Shown here in pieces: positions 19,790-29,149 of a stretch of 64,000 nucleotides of DNA. The translations under genes were made by a program, and so were the position numbers. How positions within the stretch are numbered: the stretch's first letter is position 1; the number at the start of each line of letters is the position of its first letter. The notes beneath the pieces were generated by a model. The model searched no databases. It saw only the letters and a list, made by a program, of their open reading frames with translations, and was not told the origin of the DNA. The DNA comes from Candidatus Melainabacteria bacterium 17Bon1m (GTDB lineage Bacteria > Cyanobacteriota > Vampirovibrionia > Obscuribacterales > Obscuribacteraceae), in assembly GCA_032128875.1 (NCBI GenBank), contig JAVLKG010000001.1:608001-672000 (forward strand), in the 5' to 3' direction.

Positions 19790-20653
19790 CTAGCGCATCG
19801 CTGGCTCTAGGCGGGAATTCAATTCGGCGACTTTGTTTCCATTAAGATAGGTGCCGAACTGATCGAGCGAAAACTGAACGCCCGAATAGAAGTCGCCGAA
19901 TACACCGTATTTCGAGCTGGCTTCGTCGAAACGCATTTCGTAAATCAGCTTTTTGAATACGAGCGGATCGTCTGCGTACAGGTCGACGCCCCATTCGAAG
20001 TTGTCGTATCCGATTGAGCCGGAGATGACTTGAGTCACAAGTCCGTGGTAGGTTCTGCCGATTTTGCCGTGGTCGAGCATCAAGCGCGCCCGTTCGGCAA
20101 AAGGCAGTGTGTACCAGTTAACCGTTTCGCCACGTTTCTTGTCCATTGGGTAGAAGCAGACATAGCGGCGTTGCGGGATGCGCGCCCAGAGTCGCCCTGC
20201 GTGGTGTGGAACCTTTTCTTGCTCTTTGAGAAGCTCATCGAAAGCCTTAATCCACTCCTCAGAATGGGGCTTCAGTCCCTTCTCCGCTAGTGCAGCGTGG
20301 ATTTTGCCAGTGGCGTCGTAGAGCCCGAGCTCCAGAATAGAAACGTAAGACGCTTGTGGTGAGATAAACTCTGAAATTGCCAGCCTGTCGACGACGGTCT
20401 GTGCATGCGCCAGACCTTCGTAATTTTTGCTGTAGTGCGTCAGCATTAGGTCGGCTTTATGTCCGACCATTTGAGCCAGCCCGATATCTGTGTCGTCAGC
20501 GTTTTTCAGTTCATTGAGCGCTGCTGTCGCTTGCTCGATAATTTGGGTCTTCTCTTCCTGGGCGACCTGGTCCCATGCCAGACGATCGAAGGCGAACATG
20601 CGGTGGAGTATCCACCAGCTGTCTAGGGATTCGGGGACTTCAGGATGACGCAT
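19790..20653 (-). CDS. hemQ: Coproheme decarboxylase (chlorite dismutase family)
   Basis: GHKADLM, FYPMDKKR, NWYTLP, HGKIGR, EWGVDLYADD and MRFDEASS. RBS aaggag. Confidence 0.9.
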   Translation of the reverse strand: MRHPEVPESLDSWWILHRMFAFDRLAWDQVAQEEKTQIIEQATAALNELKNADDTDIGLAQMVGHKADLMLTHYSKNYEGLAHAQTVVDRLAISEFISPQASYVSILELGLYDATGKIHAALAEKGLKPHSEEWIKAFDELLKEQEKVPHHAGRLWARIPQRRYVCFYPMDKKRGETVNWYTLPFAERARLMLDHGKIGRTYHGLVTQVISGSIGYDNFEWGVDLYADDPLVFKKLIYEMRFDEASSKYGVFGDFYSGVQFSLDQFGTYLNGNKVAELNSRLEPAMR

Positions 20654-20804
20654 AGTCCGGCTCCTTGGCAAGGCGTATATAACGGATTAAAGCCTAATCT
20701 ATAAAGGCTCGCCAATAGCCGGATGCTAAGCAAGTCTTTGCATTCGATGTAACGCCAAACGCCCGCCTGTTGAGATTTGAGGCCGGAGGCGGAAGCCCAA
20801 GGCG

Positions 20805-21296
20805 TCAGATTCTTTGGAATTTCCAGGACACGAGCTTGCCGTCCTTAAAGGGCGCGATGCCATGAAACATCTTGGGTGAGTCGTCAAAAACCATGTCTAG
20901 CCACAAGCGGTCGCTTTCCCAAAGATTGAGATCAGCGATTTTCTCTACCTCAATCCACTCTAGAACGCCTTCCACATTGCCTTTGTGCGCCTCACCCGAG
21001 TAAGCATCAACCCTGAAAATGAACCCGAACCAAGCTTCGTCATTCTTTCCGAAGCCGGGCCAGCTGATGGTTCCGCGCAGTTTTATATCCGTCGGAGTGA
21101 GTCCGGATTCTTCCTCAATCTCTCTGACTAAGCCCGAAATAATGTCCTCGGCGTCCGATAGTTTCCCGCCCAAACCGTTGTATTTGCCGTAATGTAGGTC
21201 GTCCGGCCTGGTATTCCGGTGAATCATAAGCACGGATTTTTTGTCCGGTGAAAGTATGTAGGCGAGAGTTGCCAAAATCGGAGTGTACGCTTTCAT
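20805..21296 (-). CDS. NUDIX hydrolase, 8-oxo-dGTP diphosphatase (MutX/MutT-like)
   Basis: GLGGKL...REIEEESGL Nudix box; EGVLEW and LWESDR. Confidence 0.88.
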   Translation of the reverse strand: MKAYTPILATLAYILSPDKKSVLMIHRNTRPDDLHYGKYNGLGGKLSDAEDIISGLVREIEEESGLTPTDIKLRGTISWPGFGKNDEAWFGFIFRVDAYSGEAHKGNVEGVLEWIEVEKIADLNLWESDRLWLDMVFDDSPKMFHGIAPFKDGKLVSWKFQRI

Positions 21297-21564
21297 GGCG
21301 TCGGGGAATCCTTCCTGTATAAAGACCGAACGATATTACCTCAAATGACGCGTGTATTGGATTTCGCGTATCGTGCGGGCGAATTTTCGCAGGCGCCGTA
21401 AGAGCTTGTCTTCAATATGTGTCACCCAGTCCACCCGTGCACACCGAATATGGTGCGCTAACGGCTCGGTTACCTGATGGTTACAAAAATCACGAGATTG
21501 GGTGATTGCAGCGTTAAGTCCCTGCTGTACGATTGCCTTAAGTCGATAGTCATAACTAAAAAGG

Positions 21565-21969
21565 TTGAGCTTTACTCTTCCGACTCTGGAGGGCGAGGTG
21601 CACATAATTATTGCGCGCGAAATTGAAAGAATGCGCAGCTTCTCCTGCCGCTGCCAGGAGCGCAACGACTTTCTAACCTCTTACTGGAGTCTCAGGCAGG
21701 TTTTGGATATTGCCGACAAGAATTCGCTCGGTAGCGAGACTTATGCGGACATTCTTGTGGAGCTTGGTCTGGTCTGTACGACACTCAACAAAGTCGCCGA
21801 AGGTAAGTCACATTTCGTAAATGCGTTGTGTTTGTATAGGGAAATTTATCCAGAGGACGGCTTTCCAGTTCAGGAATGCCTCAAACGCATTGAGGGGGCA
21901 GAGGCGGTCATGTCGCTGCAGCCTGCGTCTAGTTTACGTAACCGATATTCAAATATAAGGGCGACTTAA
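21565..21969 (+). CDS. Hypothetical protein with a TPR-like helix pair
   Basis: ADILVELGLVC...AEGKSHFVNALCLYREIY. TTG start uncertain. Confidence 0.5.
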   Translation: MSFTLPTLEGEVHIIIAREIERMRSFSCRCQERNDFLTSYWSLRQVLDIADKNSLGSETYADILVELGLVCTTLNKVAEGKSHFVNALCLYREIYPEDGFPVQECLKRIEGAEAVMSLQPASSLRNRYSNIRAT

Positions 21970-22317
21970 AATACGCGACACCATGCTGCATCCGACCTTT
22001 GCTTCCTTAAAGTGAACCGAGGCATAGGGGCCGTTTCATCGTGTCAATGAGGCTATAATCGCACGCTCTTTCAGGGTGATCAGGTTTGTTTGATGAAATA
22101 AGACATCACTAGATCACCATACCTCGGTATTGATTTTCCCCTTGGCTATCGAGCAAAAGAGGCATAACCTGGACAAATCCAGCGTTTTTCCTCATCATGG
22201 AATACAGGCGGTGACTAACATCAGTAGTAAGAGCGATGGCGATGCGTCCTGCCCTAGGTGCTCGCGCTCTCCATTAGCTCTGTATATATCCGTCTAATTC
22301 GATGATTGGAATGTGAA

Positions 22318-22749
22318 ATGCCAGTATTACTAGTGGTTGAAGCCGAATCTGTTCAACGCGACATAATTTCGGCTTTACTTGAAAAATATGAATACTCTGC
22401 CGTTTTCGTAGAAACGGCGGCCGATGCGCTTGACGCAATCAAAAATAGCGATACGTCGTTTGATGGAATCCTCATGGATTTGCAGTTGCCTCATTCGTCT
22501 GAAACTGAGACAGCTAGAGCAATACGTCAGCTGGAGATTGATAAAGGGCGAAAGACTCCCTTGATTGCAGTAACAACAAATGCCTCTGAGCGTGAGCGCA
22601 TTGATGCCTACGGCGTGGGTGCTGACGATTGTTTGAAGAAGCCATTTGATCCGGAGGATCTGAGGCGTATTCTTCTGAAGTGGACTTACAACCCAGCGAG
22701 GCCCAATTTGAGGATTCTTCCTCCGAGCAGATCGTTGGAAAGCGCTTAG
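22318..22749 (+). CDS. Single-domain response regulator (CheY-like receiver)
   Basis: LLVVE, ILMDLQLP, IAVT and LKKPF. Confidence 0.88.
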   Translation: MPVLLVVEAESVQRDIISALLEKYEYSAVFVETAADALDAIKNSDTSFDGILMDLQLPHSSETETARAIRQLEIDKGRKTPLIAVTTNASERERIDAYGVGADDCLKKPFDPEDLRRILLKWTYNPARPNLRILPPSRSLESA

Positions 22750-22760
22750 CGGGTTAAAGT

Positions 22761-24683
22761 TTAGTCTTTCAGAGTGGAGACTTTGATCCAAACTAAGTAA
22801 GCCACAAGTGCTAGGACGAGAAACGCGCAGCCGATGTATTTGCACAGGATGAGACCACTGCTCGGCGGACCGTTTTGTGCAATTGCTATTCTGACATTGG
22901 CGAATCTGTCCGCGATAGTCTTATCTTCGGCGCGTTTGGTCTTTCCTCTCTCAAGCGCGAGAACAAGCGGCTTGTTTGAATTGGGACACATGATCATTTC
23001 ACCTTTACTGTCATACGCATGAAGATAGGCGAACTGAGATTCAATCGGAGCATTAGGTAATTCAACACGCCCATTTGGTTTGTTGATGACCGAAAGCATA
23101 GCTACCGTGCCTGGCTCAGGTGAGGTTTCCTGTTCAAAGCTTTCGCCGCGCAGCATACGGTCATCCAGTTTTTTGTCTTTTATTTTGGTATCAGGCGAAT
23201 ACGTATTGAACGAATACGTCTTCACAGGTTCGAGCTTATTCGTGACTGGGTTGCGGTAGGAAAAGAGGGTTTTGGCTTCGTTGGCGATCGGGTATCGATG
23301 GTTGTTTTGGTAAAACGATTGCGCACCGGCCGCGACACTACCCATTGCTCGGGCAGTATTGATTTCTGGCGATGCATCATCCCAAAGTTTTAGACCTGAT
23401 GTGTCTTGCAATCCGTGCTCGATTGGTGTTAACCACTCACAATTGTTGTACTCGCCTTTGAGCAAGCGCATTTCATCTGAGAATGAGCCTCTCCAGATTA
23501 CCGGATGAGCATTATTCTTCAATCCAGAGCCAGTCAGAGCAAAACCCTTTCTGCTTATACCAAGTGAAACAGAACCGTCTATAGTGGCATACGTTTTACC
23601 GACGAGAGCCTGAACGTACGGTGGATATTCCTTGGACGACGGCTCGTTGACCAATGAGGTTATGAAAAGACCGAACACCACGGCAATTGCTGCAAGGGGA
23701 GACAATCTTATGAGTCTTGTCTTCCAAGAATTTTCTTCCTCGATTGTTTTGTCGAGTTCTGCGGTCGCTTGAGTTTTGAAATAGGTGCGCGCGATGCCGG
23801 TAGTTGATGACTGTGTATGAACTGGAAAATCCGACCAATCAACACCCGTATTGTTTTCGTTGGTCAGTTTGTTCGGTGCAAGTGGAAGGGTTGCTCGCGC
23901 ACTGGCTCGAGGATCGGGTCCGAGCTTGTGCAGTCCGCCAGCTACGCCGTCTTGGTTATCCCTACCGGTCTCTTGCTTTGGTGGCGAAAAATCTTCATCC
24001 GCGCTACCCTGATTGCCCGTTTCAAGCTCGTTCGAAAGCATGTCTGCGGGCGACGCATCGGGCGCAAAAGATTGCCTTGATTGAATAGACTGTTGTACTT
24101 TGGGTGGTTGGTGGCTTCCTGTTCGCCGTGGGGAGGCGCGATTTATGCGCGAAACTAATACTGCCTGTGTTGACGGCTGCTTATTATCTTCGGCGTCTGA
24201 TTCAGTTTTTCCTGTGCCAAGTGTTTCTCTCATCTCCTGTTTCAAACCGAGGAGAGTAGACTTATCTCCATTTGTTTTTATCAACCAGGCGGCATAATTG
24301 CCGATTACAGATTTCCGAATGACATGATGCAGTGGCAACAGAGAGGTCGCCAACTTGTGCGCGATTTTGAATTCTACTTCTGCCTGAGCTTGCTGTTCGC
24401 ATTGGTCGTGAGCTTTTGCTAGTTTTAAATACGAGACGATTTTGTCTGCATCGCGACTGCCGCTTTCATCTTGCAGTTTGAGCAAAGTCTCGTACGTTAC
24501 GAGCGATTCCTTGTATAAGGTCGCACGCTGCTGGCTGGCTCCCAGCTTCTTCAGAATTTCGATTCTCTGGGCACTTGCAGAAGTGTCGAGCTGGCTTAGC
24601 AGTTTGCCATACATTTGGCATGCTTCATCAAAGTTGCCTGCCTTAAACTCTAGATCCGCATCTGTTTCTACTTCAGATAACAT
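22761..24683 (-). CDS. Bitopic membrane protein: N-terminal TPRs, disordered linker, TM, extracytoplasmic domain, C-terminal TM
   Basis: TPR-like helices; TM LAAIAVVFGLFITSLV; C-terminal hydrophobic segment; paralogue of 45289-46668. Confidence 0.7.
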   Translation of the reverse strand: MLSEVETDADLEFKAGNFDEACQMYGKLLSQLDTSASAQRIEILKKLGASQQRATLYKESLVTYETLLKLQDESGSRDADKIVSYLKLAKAHDQCEQQAQAEVEFKIAHKLATSLLPLHHVIRKSVIGNYAAWLIKTNGDKSTLLGLKQEMRETLGTGKTESDAEDNKQPSTQAVLVSRINRASPRRTGSHQPPKVQQSIQSRQSFAPDASPADMLSNELETGNQGSADEDFSPPKQETGRDNQDGVAGGLHKLGPDPRASARATLPLAPNKLTNENNTGVDWSDFPVHTQSSTTGIARTYFKTQATAELDKTIEEENSWKTRLIRLSPLAAIAVVFGLFITSLVNEPSSKEYPPYVQALVGKTYATIDGSVSLGISRKGFALTGSGLKNNAHPVIWRGSFSDEMRLLKGEYNNCEWLTPIEHGLQDTSGLKLWDDASPEINTARAMGSVAAGAQSFYQNNHRYPIANEAKTLFSYRNPVTNKLEPVKTYSFNTYSPDTKIKDKKLDDRMLRGESFEQETSPEPGTVAMLSVINKPNGRVELPNAPIESQFAYLHAYDSKGEMIMCPNSNKPLVLALERGKTKRAEDKTIADRFANVRIAIAQNGPPSSGLILCKYIGCAFLVLALVAYLVWIKVSTLKD

Positions 24684-24795
24684 TGATACTCTCTTGCCTT
24701 AGTGCGTGCGAAGACGACGAAACTCACACGAATTTCGCCTGCTAACCCCGGGTAATGTTTACATTATGGCAAGTGCCTGCCTGTTAGACATCACA

Positions 24796-24879
24796 CCAAA
24801 AGGTTATTACGCCAAACCAAAAGGTTATTACTCCAAACCAAAGGGTTATTACGCCAAACCAAGAACCTATTCCGTAGAA
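24796..24879. repeat. 21-bp tandem repeat, 3 near-perfect units plus 1 degenerate
   Basis: ccaaaaggttattacgccaaa/ccaaaaggttattactccaaa/ccaaagggttattacgccaaa/ccaagaacctattccgtagaa. Confidence 0.9.
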
Positions 24880-24901
24880 CCAGAAACCAATTGAATGTCA
24901 A

Positions 24902-25318
24902 TTACATTCTGAATTTCATCATTTTTCCGGAAATTCTTTGTTGAAGCAGGTTGAGGCGTGTGATGGCCTGAAACAAATTGTTTGCTGATTCTGGCTGCGC
25001 GTTTATGACTACAGTGTCAATAGTATGTTGAATGTGCTTTGCGACTGTGGCTATTTCTTCAATTTCAGACTGGCAAGCAGAAGTAAAAACGTCCGCGAAT
25101 TTCTTTTCAAGCGAATCCAGCAATTTTATTTGTTGATTCAATATCACAGGCACCATCGAGGTTTGCTGCATAACTAGCTGCTTTACTGAATCAGTGTTAT
25201 CGACACTAAGTGAAGTCTTCAATTGCTCATGCGCCTTTTCTATCCCCATGGCCGCATGGCGCATTTGCTCAACGAGGTTGCTTGAAAGATTTTGGGGCGC
25301 GTGGGTCGTGATTTCCAT
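24902..25318 (-). CDS. Hypothetical helical protein
   Basis: ORF directly downstream of atl. Start uncertain (25318 or 25345). Confidence 0.55.
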   Translation of the reverse strand: MEITTHAPQNLSSNLVEQMRHAAMGIEKAHEQLKTSLSVDNTDSVKQLVMQQTSMVPVILNQQIKLLDSLEKKFADVFTSACQSEIEEIATVAKHIQHTIDTVVINAQPESANNLFQAITRLNLLQQRISGKMMKFRM

Positions 25319-25337
25319 AAACGTATGATTGCACAAA

Positions 25338-25724
25338 TTAGTCAATCCAGAGATAAACCGCTAAATCAATACTTTCATCATTTCGAAAGCGAACACCTTC
25401 TTGTTCTAGGAGCACACGCTGAAGTCTTAGAGGGCGTCCATCATCGGATAGTTGCGCGGACTCTTGATGGGTGCTGAGTTTGCCTTTCGAGTTAATTACA
25501 CGGTGCCAAGGCACTGTATTCGAATTGTATTCGCTCTCATTCTTGTCGCTTCCAAGAGCATTCATTGCCCAACCTACCGCCGCTGCACTTAAGCGTTTGT
25601 TCATGCGAGCTGAGATATCACCGTAGGTCGAAACTTTGCCGCGCGGAATTTTTCGAACAATCTCATATACGTGCTCGAACGGGCTGAGCTCTTTGGTTTG
25701 TTTGGTTTTCTTAGAAGTCGTCAT
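25338..25724 (-). CDS. atl: Alkyltransferase-like protein (MGMT family, PWHRV type)
   Basis: IPRGKVSTYG, VGWAM and PWHRVIN (Trp in place of the active Cys), LLEQEGV. Confidence 0.88.
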   Translation of the reverse strand: MTTSKKTKQTKELSPFEHVYEIVRKIPRGKVSTYGDISARMNKRLSAAAVGWAMNALGSDKNESEYNSNTVPWHRVINSKGKLSTHQESAQLSDDGRPLRLQRVLLEQEGVRFRNDESIDLAVYLWID

Positions 25725-25831
25725 TTGTTGATGAGCTGAGCTGTAACTGCCAATGGGCGCCGCTATAATAGCAAAGTGCTCGTGTGCGTATACAATTGGG
25801 CACTGGGGAAATCTACAAAAGGGGTTGTGCA

Positions 25832-26344
25832 ATGAGAGCACCCTTTCGCGCGCTAAAAGTCGTCCAAGCGGTACTTCTGGTATCTATCGTCTCCGTTGTT
25901 TTGTTCGCTGCTACTGGCTGTTCTAAAGACGAGCAAGTTGACGACCTTGCGGTTGCTAAGATACCCGTGGAAGAACTACAAGCGACTGGTTTTTTGCCGC
26001 TGAACGCGGATAAGCCCGGCACATTTGTTGAAGTAGAGAAATACCTGGTTCCTGGAAAATATACTCTGGTCGCTTATTTTAGCCCTTACGACGGTGTTTA
26101 TGCCGGACTAGAACCCAGACTAATTCAGCTTTCGCAGGTTCGTCCCGAAATTGCCATCCGTACAGTAAACATAAATCGCCCAGACATTCAGGGCATCGAT
26201 TGGCAGTCTCCTGTACTCGGCGATTTAGGCATTACAAAACTTCCTCACTTCCAAATCTTTGATGCATCCCGCAGCTTGAGAGCACAAGCAAGACCCGCTA
26301 TGGAACAAGTAACTCAGTGGGTGCAGTCTCTGCCGCCAAACTAA
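25832..26344 (+). CDS. Thioredoxin-fold lipoprotein lacking CxxC
   Basis: Lipobox AATG-C; YTLVAYFSPYDGVY where WCxxC would be; ITKLPHFQIFD cis-Pro loop. Confidence 0.65.
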   Translation: MRAPFRALKVVQAVLLVSIVSVVLFAATGCSKDEQVDDLAVAKIPVEELQATGFLPLNADKPGTFVEVEKYLVPGKYTLVAYFSPYDGVYAGLEPRLIQLSQVRPEIAIRTVNINRPDIQGIDWQSPVLGDLGITKLPHFQIFDASRSLRAQARPAMEQVTQWVQSLPPN

Positions 26345-27654
26345 TGTTTTGTTGACTGCTTGTGCGGTTGTTGATGTTGCGCTTCTTTGTGTTTCACTTC
26401 TTGGTGTTTCACTTCTTGGTGTTGCGCATGCAGTGGCTGTTTAACTTGCTGTTGCTCGCGCGCGATTTTCATACCTTTAGCCATGTTGGCGAGCCCGGTC
26501 CGCATTGCCGGCGTATCATCGAGTCGCAAACATTCATCTTCGATTTTTTTCGCCTCTGCATCTTTGCCTGCACCGACATAAGTTCCATAAAGCAAAAGGA
26601 CCATACTCGGCAACGGATCAAAGTCTTTTGAAATCTCAGTGTTTGGTTTTGGTTTTTTCAGCGCTTCGGCTTCTTGATAGATTTCTTTCAGCCTGTCTAG
26701 AGGATTTACGTACAGATAGTTCGCTGCGTCAGACCAACGGTTCTCAGAGAACAAAACATTTTCGAGCGACTTGAAATGTTTTTGAATAACATCACGTTGC
26801 TGTGGATCAGATTTTATTTTGTCGAACCAGGCAACTGTGCGTCCGTTTTCGCTAAGCATTCCATTCAATAAAATCCAGTCTGCGCGCTTGTCTTGCTTGT
26901 CGGCAATTTCTCTTAATTCGATAAACTTCGCTCTTGCCGGTGGATAAATCGTCAACAACTTTTTTGACTCAAAGGGAATCAACCCTCTTCTCAATTCCTT
27001 TTCTGTTTCATCCGTGGTGCTCAAATTGTTCCACAACCAAACGTACTCTACGAGCGCTTCTTCGTTTCTACCCTCGGTTGCCGCCTCACGTGCTTTGTTT
27101 ATGTGAGACCAGATGTCGGCACTACTCGAATTGGAATTGCCTGCCCTTTGAGTACTTGAATTCGCATTGCTCGGACTTGCACTCTCTGTCTGTTTGCCGT
27201 CAGAGCTACTATCTTCTTTCCTCGAATCACTGCCACTCTTCGCCGATTTCATCCAGCGAAGCAGATCGGGCGCGCTCATATATCCGACTTGTCGTCCGAA
27301 CTCTTTGGTGCTTTTCGGCGTAAAGAGAATTACGGTCGGCATTGCTTCGATGCGCATCGACTCCGAAGCCTTTTCTTCTTTATCGACATCGAATTGGACT
27401 GCTATTGCGTTGTCCCTGATCCAATTTCTGACCTCTTCATCGACCCATGTCGTGGACTCCATCCTTCTGCAAGGCGGGCACCATGATGCTGTGAAATCCA
27501 TCAATAGAAGCTTGTCTTCTTTCTGAGCCTGCTCTTTAGCTTGTTCTAAAGTAAATTTTGAAAAGATGCTGGACTCGGCCAACGCGCCCGAAGCGCATGA
27601 AAGGACCAGAATGCTTGACAAAGATACTTTTTTCCAGAGTTTTGAGAACATCAT
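26341..27654 (-). CDS. Exported thioredoxin-family protein with helical C-terminal domain and His/Gln-rich tail
   Basis: Signal peptide; DFTASWCPPC; AMPTV; HQEVK repeats. Confidence 0.82.
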   Translation of the reverse strand: MMFSKLWKKVSLSSILVLSCASGALAESSIFSKFTLEQAKEQAQKEDKLLLMDFTASWCPPCRRMESTTWVDEEVRNWIRDNAIAVQFDVDKEEKASESMRIEAMPTVILFTPKSTKEFGRQVGYMSAPDLLRWMKSAKSGSDSRKEDSSSDGKQTESASPSNANSSTQRAGNSNSSSADIWSHINKAREAATEGRNEEALVEYVWLWNNLSTTDETEKELRRGLIPFESKKLLTIYPPARAKFIELREIADKQDKRADWILLNGMLSENGRTVAWFDKIKSDPQQRDVIQKHFKSLENVLFSENRWSDAANYLYVNPLDRLKEIYQEAEALKKPKPNTEISKDFDPLPSMVLLLYGTYVGAGKDAEAKKIEDECLRLDDTPAMRTGLANMAKGMKIAREQQQVKQPLHAQHQEVKHQEVKHKEAQHQQPHKQSTKH

Positions 27655-27721
27655 TGGTCTCCGATTGCAGCATGGCTCGAAGAGCAAATATATCACCGAT
27701 CTACTTATGCAGCATCGCCCA

Positions 27722-28435
27722 TTAAGCGAGGCTCAATAACCAACCGAACAAACCTTCTTCCTCGAGTCCCATTGTCAAAGACTCGTGGTCTACTCCTTCG
27801 TATTCAGTCACTTTCGGCTGCGCTCCGAGCTTGCGTAGCTCTGTTATGAGATCTCGAGTTTCTTCAATCGGACAAGGTTCGTCGTATGTTCCTTGCAAAA
27901 ACCAAATGGGCGTGTCGACTATTTTTTTTGCGATGTTTTCCGGTCTGTTTTCAGCAACGAACATCGCCTCGAACATTTCTTTGTCCTCAAGCGGCAAGTG
28001 CGCAGGAGGTTCTTCGCCCATCCATGTAATTCCTGGAGCGATACAGGCTATACCGTGAAACTTGTGCGGGTGTTTTGCCGCAAGCCAAAGGCAACTGGAG
28101 CCGCCCATTGAATAACCAGTTAGCAACAATTTGTCGCAAGAAGCGCCCAGTTGCTCAGCTGTGACATCGATGCAGCGTAGGGCGCGCTTCTCCATCTCGC
28201 CGTAGAACGCTCGATGGTTGAGGTCGCACTGTGGGACTACGATTACCGCTGGCAGTTGGAGATTTTCGAAAACGTGTGCGTTGCCTTTGAGTGGAAGACC
28301 CGGATCCCAGCCTCGTTCGCCCGATCCGTGGAGAAAAACCACAATTGGCGCACTACTCAGGCTTTCATAATTGTCGGGAGTGAATACGACAAACTCGTAT
28401 TGATTTTCTTCGTCTTTCAGCAATTGAAAGGGCAT
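27722..28435 (-). CDS. Alpha/beta hydrolase (esterase/peptidase S9-like)
   Basis: FLHGSGERG, GYSMGG, GTYD and VDH triad. Confidence 0.88.
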   Translation of the reverse strand: MPFQLLKDEENQYEFVVFTPDNYESLSSAPIVVFLHGSGERGWDPGLPLKGNAHVFENLQLPAVIVVPQCDLNHRAFYGEMEKRALRCIDVTAEQLGASCDKLLLTGYSMGGSSCLWLAAKHPHKFHGIACIAPGITWMGEEPPAHLPLEDKEMFEAMFVAENRPENIAKKIVDTPIWFLQGTYDEPCPIEETRDLITELRKLGAQPKVTEYEGVDHESLTMGLEEEGLFGWLLSLA

Positions 28436-28613
28436 TGCGGTCTCCAGGGCTTCCGGTATTCACACGACCTATCTTCTTCCCGTGAAAACTGAATGTCAAT
28501 TGTATATTGCTGCACAGCAATGAATAGATTATGGAACGGAATAATTCCATACATGGAAGCAATTCTATCCCTAGGCCAGTTTTGTTATGATACTAAATCT
28601 GGTGGCGCAGTAT

Positions 28614-28919
28614 TCAATCTTGCTTGGCTGCGGTTTGCGGAACTTTCTGTTTGTGAAAACAAGTATGGCAAAAAACTGGGCGCAATCCGGTAGGTTTGAA
28701 CGGCACGCGGGTGATTTCTCCACAAGTGTGACAAGGTACGTCCGCCCCATCATCGGCTGCTTTTCCCTTCTTGAACAGTTTTAATGAAGTACGGCAATTT
28801 GGGCAGCGAACAGGCATGTTCTTCAGTCCTTTGAGCGCAAAAAACTCTTGTTCTCCAACAGAGAAAACAAAAGGTGTTTCGCATGTGCGACAAGTTATTG
28901 TTTTGTCCTCAAGGACCAT
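28614..28919 (-). CDS. Zinc-ribbon plus CxxC-x17-CxxC domain protein
   Basis: DKTITCRTC...EQEFF..KG...P.RCPNCR and CHTC...VPFKP...PVFCHTCF; RBS gagga. Confidence 0.9.
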   Translation of the reverse strand: MVLEDKTITCRTCETPFVFSVGEQEFFALKGLKNMPVRCPNCRTSLKLFKKGKAADDGADVPCHTCGEITRVPFKPTGLRPVFCHTCFHKQKVPQTAAKQD

Positions 28920-29087
28920 ATTTCCTCAAATGTCTTTCCAGTGGGCCCACTTCTTCTTATTCTGTGGTTAGAACAGGTATGCCCGGGAAGGCCCAAACGG
29001 TCACAATTGTTTGCGTTATGTAATCAATAAAATTGTAGCCGTTTGGTGAAAAGTTTGTCGGTAAAAGAGAAAGATGGCAAAAAGCAA

Positions 29088-29118
29088 ATGCGGAACTCGC
29101 TTTTGGCGAATTCCGCAT
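29088..29118 (-). terminator. Probable intrinsic terminator
   Basis: atgcggaactcgc-ttttg-gcgaattccgcat hairpin, T-rich run downstream on the minus strand. Confidence 0.6.
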
Positions 29119-29149
29119 CTGGTTCCGGCTGGGTTTCCCCTGATTAAAC

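Noticed and set aside
24796-24879. CRISPR array
   Set aside because: Units are directly tandem with no spacers, and there are no cas genes. The same applies to 58017-58108.
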